Virus record (IMG/VR): IMGVR_UViG_3300037153_000557
Coordinates: 1 to 55,007 of that record
Length of the DNA: 55,007 nt
Source of the DNA: a virus
Lineage: Duplodnaviria > Caudoviricetes
Reading direction: 5' to 3' (one strand)
This document shows positions 20,089 to 29,974 of this stretch, in pieces. The position numbers and the translations under genes were made by a program. The first letter of the stretch is position 1; each line of letters opens with the position of its first letter. Below the pieces are notes generated by a model, which saw only the letters and a list, made by a program, of their open reading frames with translations, searched no databases and had not been told where the DNA came from.

Positions 20089-20376
20089 TTAGTCGTCGTA
20101 AAAATCGAGATCATCGTCACTTATCCCACTAGAGATGAGGACTTCATTTTGCTGATTGGATGCGGATATTTTTGCCATTGGTAACGTGTTTTGCGTGGGA
20201 GATTGGCTTATCTCACCATTAAGAAAGAGCCGTATATACTCATCCGCATAGAAAGCAAGAAGATGACTTTTCGGTACGCCTTTCTGCCTTTCATCCTCTT
20301 GCAATTGCCTCATCAAGCGGCTATCACGATTGATAGCCACTGTGAGGTAAACCCGCTTATCTGTATCCCTTGGCAT
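20089..20376 (-). CDS. ParR-like centromere-binding adaptor
   Basis: Directly downstream of the actin-like gene; N-terminal RHH-like strand RVYLTVAI; acidic C-terminal tail. Confidence 0.6.
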   Translation of the reverse strand: MPRDTDKRVYLTVAINRDSRLMRQLQEDERQKGVPKSHLLAFYADEYIRLFLNGEISQSPTQNTLPMAKISASNQQNEVLISSGISDDDLDFYDD

Positions 20377-20377
20377 A

Positions 20378-21481
20378 TTAAGAAACCTGCTCTTTTGCAT
20401 CCCGATTAAAGAAGTGTAAAGCGAGTCTTGCATAGCCAGCGGCATTGGCGCATTCCGGTCTTATTGGCACCGATAAACGATTAGCAAAAAGTGCTCTTAC
20501 ACTGTCCTCAAAGTAGTAGGCACCCCCGCCGACTAAGAGGACATATTCAGCATCAGAAGCCACGACATCGCTTCTCAAAGAGCTAGCCCAGGACCGTTTA
20601 ATAAAGCCTGAAATTCGTTTGCCAACTTCGCCTAAAGACTTGCTTAAAAGAGCATCGACTCTCATGTGATGAGCCCCAGCATTCCTGACGGTTGCAACAC
20701 TGTTATAATCCTTGGTATCCACAAAACAATTCTGGAGTTTGGCAGCATCGCTCGCAGATAAAGGATAGCGAAACTCTTTCTCAAAAGACTCGGTTAAACT
20801 ATCGATTGCAGACTCAACCCCAATGTCATGAGACTTGCATTGATCTTTAATTGGTGTTTGACCATTCACCATATAGATATCAGTTGTCCGCCCTCCAATA
20901 TCGATAATACCCGCCTTGACTTTCCCTATGGCCCCATGTGCAATATTGGCACCGGAGCCCTCCATGATGACCTTCCTGATGGCGATGTGGGCTATACGCC
21001 TCTCACCATCTAAGACAAACTCGTGATCGCCTTCGAGCGCGTTTTTAATCGCCTCAATATTCTCCTCATTGTGCGTGAGGATAGGTAGACCAGTGACCAC
21101 GATCAACCCATACTCGCGATCTTTGATCAAAGTACCAGACGTTGCCAGTAGCATAGCCAGACTACGAACACTCCAGTAACGAGTGATGTCCCCACGGCTG
21201 GTCAATGTCATAGCATCGGATGATGGGGCCTGTTCGATTGCCAGATCCCCCACGTAAAACTCATTGCCATTGACGGCTATGATGTGAGCAGTGTCGTGGA
21301 CCGCTCCGATTTGACGCAGGTCCCCATTGGTTGACATGGCCTCCAACTCCTCACGTGAGCCCTCATAGAGCGTACTAGGCATGGTGAGCTCACGAAGATT
21401 ACCTGCAATGTAGGTAATTCCACACGTTTTACTATTGCCATAATCATGGCCGTATGGGTAGGTGTTGTAATGGTAATTCAT
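20378..21481 (-). CDS. parM: ParM/StbA-family actin-like partition ATPase
   Basis: DYGNSKT, VVTGLP, EGSGA, IIDIGGRTTD, LLVGGGA, ANAAGY actin-fold motifs. Confidence 0.9.
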   Translation of the reverse strand: MNYHYNTYPYGHDYGNSKTCGITYIAGNLRELTMPSTLYEGSREELEAMSTNGDLRQIGAVHDTAHIIAVNGNEFYVGDLAIEQAPSSDAMTLTSRGDITRYWSVRSLAMLLATSGTLIKDREYGLIVVTGLPILTHNEENIEAIKNALEGDHEFVLDGERRIAHIAIRKVIMEGSGANIAHGAIGKVKAGIIDIGGRTTDIYMVNGQTPIKDQCKSHDIGVESAIDSLTESFEKEFRYPLSASDAAKLQNCFVDTKDYNSVATVRNAGAHHMRVDALLSKSLGEVGKRISGFIKRSWASSLRSDVVASDAEYVLLVGGGAYYFEDSVRALFANRLSVPIRPECANAAGYARLALHFFNRDAKEQVS

Positions 21482-21497
21482 TTAGGTGATTTCCTTT

Positions 21498-21630
21498 CAC
21501 TACTTCTGTACAGTACGAAATTTAACTGTATTGTACAGTTTACTTTCTTACCAACCGCTTGTCAAGTAAAAAGCTACTTTTTTGCTCTCCTTTTGCAAAA
21601 TTGACGGTACAGGTAAGTACTGTATGGTAC
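21498..21630. promoter_or_regulatory. par promoter with parC-like GTAC/CTGTA repeats
   Basis: Minus-strand TTGACA-N17-TAAACT flanked by clustered CTGTACAG, ACTGTATTGTACAGT and GTACAGGTAAGTACTGTATGGTAC. Confidence 0.55.
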
Positions 21631-21637
21631 GGAATTG

Positions 21638-22159
21638 CTACTTTTCATCTCTACGCAATACGCGTGTAAATTTCCAGTAATCAACCTCTATGTGCTCTAC
21701 ACTACCTATGATGTGACTGCTGATCGTCTCTACAGGGTAGTATCCCCAGTTGTAGGGCTTCGCTCGCTTGAGATAAGCAAGAGTAGCATCGTCAATCTTT
21801 GCCTCTACCAAAGCGTCAAATCTTTCCTTGCTAACTCTTGCTTGGAGAAGTGGAACCTCTGTATGCTTAATCAGAGCAAGGACAGTCTCAAGCCCTGCGC
21901 CTCCCTCGCCTCCATGCGTTCCAAATCCATCAGGGATGATAGTGAGCTGAATACGGCTTATCCATCCCCATGCTACAAACAGAACTCCATCATGGTCAGC
22001 TTCAGGATATTCTTGGCAGCATACCAATGTCATCCATTCTGGTTTAAATTGCCCAAGAAGGATAGTCGCCATAGCCTCAACGCAGCTTCTTGTGATTCCA
22101 GGTTCCCCTAGATACTGGGGTAATTGTCCACCATAGTATTCATAATCAAAAAAAGTCAT
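21638..22159 (-). CDS. hypothetical protein
   Basis: 173 aa; GFGTHGGEGGAGL loop. Confidence 0.55.
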   Translation of the reverse strand: MTFFDYEYYGGQLPQYLGEPGITRSCVEAMATILLGQFKPEWMTLVCCQEYPEADHDGVLFVAWGWISRIQLTIIPDGFGTHGGEGGAGLETVLALIKHTEVPLLQARVSKERFDALVEAKIDDATLAYLKRAKPYNWGYYPVETISSHIIGSVEHIEVDYWKFTRVLRRDEK

Positions 22160-22160
22160 T

Positions 22161-23786
22161 TTAAGCCTCCTCTAATTCCATACCCTTACGAGCCATGTTG
22201 CTAATTGATCTCATCACCTGCTCATACTCAAAACCAGCCTCTTGATAGCCTTGTCCCTTGCCTTTCTTGACTCTCCAGACACGCTCTATGATCCCATCTT
22301 TCGTGTTTATCCCAGAGGCCATCGCTTCTAGGACTTGGGATACTCGTAGATTGGCCTGAGAAGCCTCTTCAGGCTGTTCTTCCATCTCCGTTCTATCCAC
22401 ATTCCATCCACGTGGAGAGACCTCTTTGACGGTTACTTTGGAAGGCTCGTTTTTTGCCTTGAGTAAAGCCTTGACATCGTAGTCAGGGGCCTCCACCAAG
22501 TCGGTACATCCCGTAGCCTCTACCACACATTGCCCTTTTTGCTTGCTTTCCCAGTTCGAGTTAAGCAGTTCTGAGCAAACAAAACCAGCAGCCCTGGCCG
22601 CCGTGGGCTTGACTGCAAAGCTCACATTGATCCCAAAGTTGTTGTTAAACGCTTTCAGGTCCTCATCTGCATAATCCACCTGAGCACAAGCCATAAGATG
22701 GATGAATACTTTGAGCCCGCGAATAGCCAGCTCGTTTAAGTCATCGAGCAGCGTTGATCGTGTAGCCCCGTCAAGGTCCCTGTGTTTCTTCAAGCTCAGG
22801 AACTCCTCAATGTAGACCAGGATATGAGGCTGTTGGGCTTGCTCCGATTCTGGTAGGCTATAGCGCCTATCCATCTCATTGCGGATATAGTGCAGATATT
22901 CAGCTACCTGTCTTGGGTTGCGAGCGTGTAACTCAACTTCTTTCCTGCCTACATTCAAGACTGCCAAGTGCTCCATATCCTCAAAGAGTTTGCTCGTTTT
23001 GTTCTCTAGATCAAGCAAAGCAATCACCATCGTGTCGGGATCATGCGTCTTGGTCACCAGATCTATGAGAGCAGCCGCAAAGCAACTCTTGCCCTTCTGA
23101 CTTGATCCGATAATGAGAATATGCGAGCTATCAATATCGACAATCGGGACCCCATTTTGTCTGAGTGAGTTCCCAAAAGGCAACTGAAAACTATTGCGCT
23201 CTACTAGCTTCACCAAGTCCTCTATCTTTGGCTTGCCAGTTTGTCCAGGAGGGAGCAGCCCCATCGTCTCGCTATTGCTCTCGCTCTTCACGCTGTAATG
23301 CATGCTGTGCAAAGCCGGGTGCTCACGCATATTCCCCCTAATGAGTTGCCAACGCCCGGTCAATCCATCCCTTACGACTAAGTTCCCCTGCTCATCCAGA
23401 TGAGAGATATCACTGAGCCGCTTTGCCTCTGCCAACATCCTTTGTGCCTCAGCTTGCTTGATGGCGTTCTCAGCAGCCTTGGATGAGATCTCAACCAGTG
23501 CCGTCTTGTAGTAGGTCCAAGTCGAAAGGCCATATTTCACGCCAGCGCCAATACCAGCAAGAACAACTGCTGGTATGAGTAGTTGAGCTCCGAACCGAAT
23601 CAGTGAGCCCGATGCTGCTACCCAAATTCCCCAATTAGCAAACATGGCAGTCAGGAAGCCAATGAACAGGATCACCGAGATAGATGAGGCAATCACAAAC
23701 GTCACTAGTGATTTCAGGCCGTCTGCTGGTGAAATCTCTCTATCCATTTCAGCTATTTGCACTTCTTGGTTAAATTTTCTTTTCAC
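22161..23786 (-). CDS. membrane-anchored FtsK/SpoIIIE-family ATPase (TraB/TcpA-like)
   Basis: Two N-terminal TMs; Walker A GSSQKGKS; EMDRRY; Walker B ILVYIEE; LAIRG...Q; possible C-terminal wHTH. Confidence 0.8.
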   Translation of the reverse strand: MKRKFNQEVQIAEMDREISPADGLKSLVTFVIASSISVILFIGFLTAMFANWGIWVAASGSLIRFGAQLLIPAVVLAGIGAGVKYGLSTWTYYKTALVEISSKAAENAIKQAEAQRMLAEAKRLSDISHLDEQGNLVVRDGLTGRWQLIRGNMREHPALHSMHYSVKSESNSETMGLLPPGQTGKPKIEDLVKLVERNSFQLPFGNSLRQNGVPIVDIDSSHILIIGSSQKGKSCFAAALIDLVTKTHDPDTMVIALLDLENKTSKLFEDMEHLAVLNVGRKEVELHARNPRQVAEYLHYIRNEMDRRYSLPESEQAQQPHILVYIEEFLSLKKHRDLDGATRSTLLDDLNELAIRGLKVFIHLMACAQVDYADEDLKAFNNNFGINVSFAVKPTAARAAGFVCSELLNSNWESKQKGQCVVEATGCTDLVEAPDYDVKALLKAKNEPSKVTVKEVSPRGWNVDRTEMEEQPEEASQANLRVSQVLEAMASGINTKDGIIERVWRVKKGKGQGYQEAGFEYEQVMRSISNMARKGMELEEA

Positions 23787-24012
23787 GCTGAAGATACCTC
23801 CTTCCTGCGCAGAATAGGCCTATTCCAATGAGACACATGAAGAACATCTGATTTGATGAGGTGTGTGTGAGGATCATCTCAAGCTCATACGAGAGCCCCC
23901 ATACGAGACCGAGAAACGCTGCTACAGCGATTCCCACCGCAAACGCGATCACGAGGAACTCTTGGATGAGCGGGATGTTGAGGGCTTTATCCCCTGTTGA
24001 TGGTAGTTGCAT
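23770..24012 (-). CDS. small 2-TM membrane protein
   Basis: Coupled to the FtsK-like gene. Confidence 0.55.
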   Translation of the reverse strand: MQLPSTGDKALNIPLIQEFLVIAFAVGIAVAAFLGLVWGLSYELEMILTHTSSNQMFFMCLIGIGLFCAGRRYLQREKKI

Positions 24013-24136
24013 TGTCTGGTTTCCTTTGCTTCTTGCAAGGCCCCCAGACTGCTGTTATGATGCTAGGAGCCCTAATTTATCCTTAGGGTGAGCTCAGCTC
24101 GCTACTGGTTTGCGGCCTAGCGAGCTGAGCGTCTCA

Positions 24137-24331
24137 CTACTTGTATTTACTGGTGTCGACTTTCCACACATCGCGAGGCGCGACATTTGGGAGTCTGTCT
24201 CTCCAGTACTGATCTCGTGGGTTCAGCTCATAGTAGAGCTGACATTGCTCGGTGTACAACTCGTGATTGTACTCAGCACCCTCTGCTTCAGTAATGCTAC
24301 GTAGATACTCATACCGTTCTTGCTTGTTCAT
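24137..24331 (-). CDS. hypothetical protein
   Basis: RBS AGAAAGGA. Confidence 0.55.
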   Translation of the reverse strand: MNKQERYEYLRSITEAEGAEYNHELYTEQCQLYYELNPRDQYWRDRLPNVAPRDVWKVDTSKYK

Positions 24332-24383
24332 GGTTTTTCCTTTCTTGCCTGTTGCTATGGTTCCTAGGCCAGCAACAGGCGAC

Positions 24384-24683
24384 TTACATTATTTGTCTAA
24401 CTTCTGCGTCTTTCAAAATACGAACATCGCACAAACGCTCAGCCTTCTCATCAGGCCTTGCACCGCGACCATATGTGCTTATTGTATACAGTGTCGGTAC
24501 AGCCTGTATCATCACCGAGTCGCCTTCTCTCAACTCAACATCTTCCATATCCACACATACCACCTGTGCAACACTTCCACCTGCTGCATCTCTCACAGTA
24601 TGGAGATAAGCAACAGGCGTCTCTTCCCCACTGCTAGAGGAAGCAGTGGCAAGACGCGCAACACGAGCTGTAAAGTTCATCAT
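24384..24683 (-). CDS. hypothetical protein
   Basis: Coupled ORF. Confidence 0.5.
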   Translation of the reverse strand: MMNFTARVARLATASSSSGEETPVAYLHTVRDAAGGSVAQVVCVDMEDVELREGDSVMIQAVPTLYTISTYGRGARPDEKAERLCDVRILKDAEVRQIM

Positions 24684-25036
24684 TCCCCTTTCTCTGGCAA
24701 CCTTGCCAAAATCAACTGCTGAACTTGGGCGATAGCGTCGAATCGCTTTTGCATGTCTGTTCTGATTGCCGCGACATCCTGCTTTAGCGTGTTCACGTCG
24801 CCTTTGAGCGTCTCAACATCACGTTGGATACGATCCGTTTTGACTTCAAGCTGCCCAACCTTGGGATTGATCCGTGCGACTTCATCAAAGGTGCGCTGGA
24901 GCAAATACTCGCTTGCGACGTCTCGCCGTTCGACTTTGACGTTGATCGGTTCGGTTACCTGCTCCCTCAATTGCCGTACTTCCTCTTTGACCTCAGCCTT
25001 AAATGCTTCGAATTCTTCACGCGTTGGTTGGTTCAT
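24680..25036 (-). CDS. heptad coiled-coil protein
   Basis: DVETLKGDVNTLKQDVAAIR repeats. Confidence 0.6.
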   Translation of the reverse strand: MNQPTREEFEAFKAEVKEEVRQLREQVTEPINVKVERRDVASEYLLQRTFDEVARINPKVGQLEVKTDRIQRDVETLKGDVNTLKQDVAAIRTDMQKRFDAIAQVQQLILARLPEKGE

Positions 25037-25417
25037 CCTCACCTGCTTCCTGTTCTCTCTGTGCACTCTCAATACGTGCTAAGATACCCCACTTCTCGAA
25101 AAGCTCTTTATGCTCGTTGCAATAGAACCCCATACGCCCTGAGTTGAACTTCAACCAGTGCGTGATGGGCTTGTCACAGCCCTCCTCGTCACACAAGCTT
25201 GCACTTTTCTCCTTGCGCTTGTATGGGCTCTGCTGTCCAATCCCCACGTGGCCGAGCGTCCAGGCTTTGCGCGGTTTTTGGTCTGTTGTTGTCATCCTAC
25301 AAAATCCTTTGAACATCCGTCTCTTGTGTTTGTAGAGACGTTTCAACTATACTTTCATTTAAGTAGTCTGTGGGTCTGTGGCTGTCTGTTACCCACTGCT
25401 CAATCACAGACCTAGGG

Positions 25418-25780
25418 CTATGCCGCCGAACTTTCATCACTCTTCTGCTCAGAACTTTTCCTCTTTGGCTTGCTGATAAAACGTATCTTTAGCAATGCTT
25501 CCACTTGATATGTGTATGCACTGCCTACTGACCTGTAAGGATACAAACGCCGTTTGTGATCCTTATCCTCTCTTGTGAGTTGTCCTAGGTAGCGATGTGA
25601 TATATCCCTACCAGCTATGACACTCAGTAAATACGCTGCTTCCTCATGCGTTACCTCAAGGTTCCGTTCATCTTGCGTCAGAGTGTTTCCAGTTCGGTCC
25701 TCCTGTAACTTACTATGTATCACCTTCACCTTCTCTGAAAGCAGAGGCTCTACAATTCGCTTTGGCTTTTGCTTTGGCAT
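25418..25780 (-). CDS. HTH regulator (MerR/Xis-like), probable repressor
   Basis: VTHEEAAYLLS..DISHRYLGQL; divergent promoter region carries palindromic operators. Confidence 0.6.
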   Translation of the reverse strand: MPKQKPKRIVEPLLSEKVKVIHSKLQEDRTGNTLTQDERNLEVTHEEAAYLLSVIAGRDISHRYLGQLTREDKDHKRRLYPYRSVGSAYTYQVEALLKIRFISKPKRKSSEQKSDESSAA

Positions 25781-25821
25781 AGCCCCTCCGATATGTCAAT
25801 CAAACTTGGTATAGATGAATA

Positions 25822-25941
25822 ATACAACAGTTGTTGTAACTTGTCAAGAGAAAAAGCTGTGAATTTTTAGCTGTTGAGAAAATTGGTTAACCTAGAAAGT
25901 TACATCAGTTGCTTGACAAGTTACAGCAGATATTGTAAAAT
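25822..25941. promoter_or_regulatory. divergent promoters with TTACAACAGTTGTTGTAA-type operators
   Basis: TTGACA on both strands (plus: TTGACA-N17-TAAAAT, 25913-25941); operator copies sit in the -35/-10 spacers. Confidence 0.7.
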
Positions 25942-26029
25942 AGAAGAGTCCAGTTGAGGACAGAGGCTGGCTGGCAATCGCTGGTTAGCCCTTTTTATTC
26001 TCCCTTTAAATAGTATTTTGAGGCGTGTC

Positions 26030-26869
26030 ATGGATGAAGAAAATGTATTCCCTGGATTTATTTACCCAGCCCCAAAAGGACATACGCAAATTCCCAACTT
26101 ATGGTATGACGAGATTGTTTCACGGATAGACAATGTAGCAGAGCTGAAAGTGGTACTTTACATTCTTCGCCATACATGCGGCTTCCAAAGAGCAGAGGAA
26201 GCCCAAAGACTAACTGTAGATGAATTTATGAATGGCCGCATATTCAATGGAAGAAGAATTGACAGAGGTACAGGACTTAGTGAGATGTCAGTTCGCAATG
26301 GACTCAAAAACGCGGTGAAACACGGCTATATTGTTTGTGAGTCGGACAATAGCGATAAAGGCAATATCAAGAAGTGCTACAAACTCAGATTTTTAGAGGT
26401 ACAAACTTTAGACCCCAAACAAGAATTAGAGGTACAAACTTTAGACCCCACAGGTACAAACTCTATACCTGTACAGGTACAAAATTTAGGGGAAAAGGGT
26501 ACAAACTTTAGACCTCAATCCCCCAGTGGGGAGAAAGAAAGAGAAAGAAAAGAAAAAGAAAGAATGAAAGAAAGCGACTCATCCATCCATTCATTCGACC
26601 AATCTTCTTCTCAAAGGGCAGATGCAACAGCTTTTATCAGAATGTTTATGAGAAAATTTCTTCTGGAGATGGGTGCAACTGGCAAATTAATGGATGACCA
26701 TTTGAGATACCTACAAGATCTCTATCATTTTTCTGGGCTGGACAAAGAGGCATTCCGGTCTAAAGCTGAATTTGATATGGACAAAACAAGGCAGTTGGAA
26801 GGTGATCTAGGTGAATTTTATCAGTATTTCCATAAGTCAATAGGATGGCAACAGAGTAGAGAGCAGTAA
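26030..26869 (+). CDS. replication initiator A (lambda O-like N-terminal wHTH)
   Basis: AELKVVLYILRHT.GF, GTGLSEMSVRNGL..AVKHGYI; internal iterons. Confidence 0.75.
   Translation: MDEENVFPGFIYPAPKGHTQIPNLWYDEIVSRIDNVAELKVVLYILRHTCGFQRAEEAQRLTVDEFMNGRIFNGRRIDRGTGLSEMSVRNGLKNAVKHGYIVCESDNSDKGNIKKCYKLRFLEVQTLDPKQELEVQTLDPTGTNSIPVQVQNLGEKGTNFRPQSPSGEKERERKEKERMKESDSSIHSFDQSSSQRADATAFIRMFMRKFLLEMGATGKLMDDHLRYLQDLYHFSGLDKEAFRSKAEFDMDKTRQLEGDLGEFYQYFHKSIGWQQSREQ
26393..26516. repeat. iterons (ori A), five copies of GGTACAAACTTTAGACC-like unit
   Basis: Two exact 25-mers TTAGAGGTACAAACTTTAGACCCCA plus three variants, followed by a purine-rich tract. Confidence 0.75.
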
Positions 26870-26897
26870 ACCCTCTACTCTGGATAAAGTGCTTGGG

Positions 26898-27497
26898 CTA
26901 CTCCAGCTCTTGTATCGTGATAGTCCAGTCGATGCCACTATAGATTTTTAGATAAACGCTACCGCCTTTGTGCTCAAAGCTCTCACCTTTTGGTGAAGCG
27001 CTCTCACACGTGGTATCCACAGCATCAAAATCTGCCATATCGTTGGTATTAGCATCATAGACTTGGGCAATGAGAGCAGCGCCGTTAACTTGACAGTTCC
27101 ATTGGATTTTCCAATTATCCACAACGGTAATCGTCTCTGTCTGCTTATCGCCATTACCTGTGTAGGTATGAGTCGTTTGCCACGTCTTTTGTACAGGTTT
27201 GGGCGTAGGTGTAGGCGTTGGGGCGGTATTACTGCTCTCGGTGATTGAGCTAGACGTACTGATTGTCGTTGTGGTAGTGGCAGTTTGCTCTTTGTTTTTG
27301 TCGACAACCGATCCAATAGCCCCAAGTACCAAGACAATGCCAATGGCAATGCCAGCTACAAGCAAACCTTTATTCTTCTTTGGCTGCGGTGGAGGTGGAT
27401 AGCCAGGGTGTGGAGGTGGCATATATCCGCCTGATGGTGGATAGTTGGTATAAGGCCCTTGCCCTGGTGGCATAGGTCCATTAGGGTAATTATTCAA
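26898..27497 (-). CDS. membrane-anchored surface protein (Pro-rich N-terminus, TM, Thr/Pro linker, beta domain); possible exclusion protein
   Basis: Domain architecture; start site uncertain. Confidence 0.6.
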   Translation of the reverse strand: MNNYPNGPMPPGQGPYTNYPPSGGYMPPPHPGYPPPPQPKKNKGLLVAGIAIGIVLVLGAIGSVVDKNKEQTATTTTTISTSSSITESSNTAPTPTPTPKPVQKTWQTTHTYTGNGDKQTETITVVDNWKIQWNCQVNGAALIAQVYDANTNDMADFDAVDTTCESASPKGESFEHKGGSVYLKIYSGIDWTITIQELE

Positions 27498-27616
27498 GTA
27501 GAACGTCCTTTCAAGTAAATAGATACATGTAATTCCATATGCATACACCAAAACGAGTACAAGATGGAAGGATAACAACTCAATTTTTCAGTTTCCTAAA
27601 TCTCATCTAAAAAAGC

Positions 27617-27646
27617 TTGACAAAGTTACAACAGTTGTTGTAATAT
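27617..27646 (+). promoter_or_regulatory. early promoter with operator TTACAACAGTTGTTGTAA
   Basis: TTGACA followed by the same palindrome as at 25822-25839. Confidence 0.7.
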
Positions 27647-28858
27647 AAGGATGTGCCAATTGAGAGCACAAAAAAATCTCTCTAAGTGCTTAGGACCACC
27701 TAGAGAGATCGTCAGAAGCCAAGAGCTTCTTAGTCAAAAAACCGAGGTTAATTTTAGCATGAATACAACTATCGAAGCAACCCAAACCAACGAGACCCAA
27801 GCACCGGAGCCTATCCGCGTGATTCGCAAAGTTAACGGGCGGTACCAGTGGGTCACACTCAACAGTGTGGATGAGCTTACCGAGGACGAATGCCGCCAAA
27901 TTTATTGCGCAGCATTCGGGATTTACGCGTAGTTCGTGAAAGGAGCTGGGGAGTGCTTCGGTGCTCTCCAGATGGACATGGAAGAACAAAACCAAAGCGA
28001 AGTACGACGGCTCTTGGAGACCATCGACCGAGAATACCAAGCTGCACAGTTTGGGCTCTCAGGCCTTGCACAAGGCACGTCACAGCACGAATTTATCAAC
28101 GCCCGAATGGAGAAGATTGAGGACATCCGCGAGAAGCTGGTGGACTTGGTAGGCGAAGAGCAAGCAGGGCGGCTCGTTGTCCAACAAATGGAAAGGAGCA
28201 AGGACGCTCATGGCAAGGAATGAGTTGCCTGTGATGACCGACGAGAGCGGCATAGCCTGTAGTTGGTGTCCATCCACCGAGGAATATACCGATGAACAAG
28301 AGCAAGGCCAATTGTCGCATGGTGTGTGTCATGGACATGCCACTATCATGAGGATGCGTCGACAAGTTGGCAAGGTGCCGTCATATGTCGATCAAAGAGA
28401 GCAATTCGAGAAATATAGAAGAGAGAGGTTTTCGTGAACAAACACGATGTGAGAGCGTTCCTCACCACCAACAAAGAATATGAGAAGAATGAGCACAAGG
28501 GGTTCGATTTCGTTGGCGTTGGCAGGTGGAACAGGAATAAAACATACAGGGAGTACGGACAGACGGTGGAAGATGCTATCTTGGCTGTGTGCACAGGGCA
28601 TCGTTTGTCGCCAAGGGATATTGAGCTAGTGGTCAGAAGGTAAGGAGAACCATACATGGCTAAACCATTCGATTGGAAAGTAGTGAGCTATACCGATGAA
28701 GAAGCAGAGCAGGTTTGTGTTGAGCATCGACAATCATCTTGTGTGTTAGATGCGCATCCTGTAACCTTTGGAGGTAAGACACATGTACATCTTGATTTAG
28801 ATGATGGTGACATTGTAGTCGTAAGCAAAGAAGTTTGCTTACATATTGAGTGGTAGTA

Positions 28859-28941
28859 CGTTTGTCAGGGCCTGTGCATCTCGCAAGGGGTGCATAGGAA
28901 CAGGCAAAAGTGCCTGAGTAGTGCCACATGGCAAGAAAGGA
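28859..28941 (+). repeat. structured intergenic motif, copy 1
   Basis: CGTTTGTCAG-hairpin-CAGGCA..TGCCTGAGTAGT-hairpin-AGAAAGGA. Confidence 0.6.
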
Positions 28942-29177
28942 TATCTATGGGTATCAGAAAAACAATCAATGAAAGTCCACACGGGGCCGCACAAGTTGGA
29001 GACTCCATTTACAAGCAAAGTAGGGACTACGAGGGAATGTATGAGCAGAAAGATGGTGATGGTACTCATTACCTTGTTAGTTCACAACAGATGATTGTTG
29101 AAGAAGTAAAGGCGTGGGCTAGCAGATCTAGCATCAATCCCATAGGGAGAGTTAAGGAGTAAGCAGTCTGCATAGCG

Positions 29178-29260
29178 CGTTTGTCAGTCGTTGCCAGTTC
29201 TACGGACTGGTAACCGCAGGCAAGATGTGCCTGAGTAGTCCTGTAGAACAGGAGAAAGGA
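29178..29260 (+). repeat. structured intergenic motif, copy 2
   Basis: Same conserved blocks; the variable stems differ in sequence but still pair. Confidence 0.6.
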
Positions 29261-29974
29261 AAAAGTCTTGAGTTTCTTAGACAAAGTGGCGCTCGGTGGC
29301 TATTCGCTCATAGCTCGTTTTAGATCTGATGAGGAATTACGACAGATGAAAAGCGATGCTGAGAGAGAAATCCAGAACGAGCTTGACGGCGTGTATGGCG
29401 ATCTTGATCAGGAAAGCGTGGATGATTGGAAGATAGATTTGAGCGTTGCTGAAAAAGAGTTACAGCGCAGAACTCGTAGGAAGTAGCATAGTGGCACGGG
29501 CTGGCCGTACAGCCCCATTTGAACAATATGAACCATTGCAGAGACGAGCAGAACAAGCCTATTTGCCTAGATTGTGCCAACAAAAGCAAATTTAGGGACA
29601 AATTGGCGAATGCCACGAATGCGAGCGGAAAGAGCATATTTTGTGCTGAATGTGGCAAGGGAATCTTGAGCGTTCAGCAAGAAGTAGCTGTACGAAAAGC
29701 AGAAAGAAGGAACACATGAAGAGAATACAGAGACAAGATCTTGGCTATTGGGGCAACATCGAAAAGCGTTTTCGAGAGCTCTATCCCAACGGCATGACAC
29801 AAGAGGAGATCGACGCGGCTAATGCTGAGATGTGGCGCAATGCCTACCCAACGCTAGAAATGTCTCTAGAGGACGAGCAAGAGCAACAGGACTACTTGCA
29901 TCCCTAGTGTCCGTATGGTAGGATGAGAGTATATCTTGTAGTTAAGCCTATAAAGGCACAAGAAGGAGAGAGTT

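Larger units (their letters stand above)
27759..29907 (+). other. cluster of about ten small hypothetical early genes
   Basis: Tightly packed RBS-preceded ORFs (e.g. 27759-27932, 28434-28643, 28656-28856, 28947-29162, 29268-29486). Confidence 0.55.

Noticed and set aside
28914-29257. Hammerhead ribozymes (CUGA..stem..GAAA)
   Set aside because: The core reads CUGAGUA, breaking the C3-G8 pair, and no stem III or cleavage triplet was found
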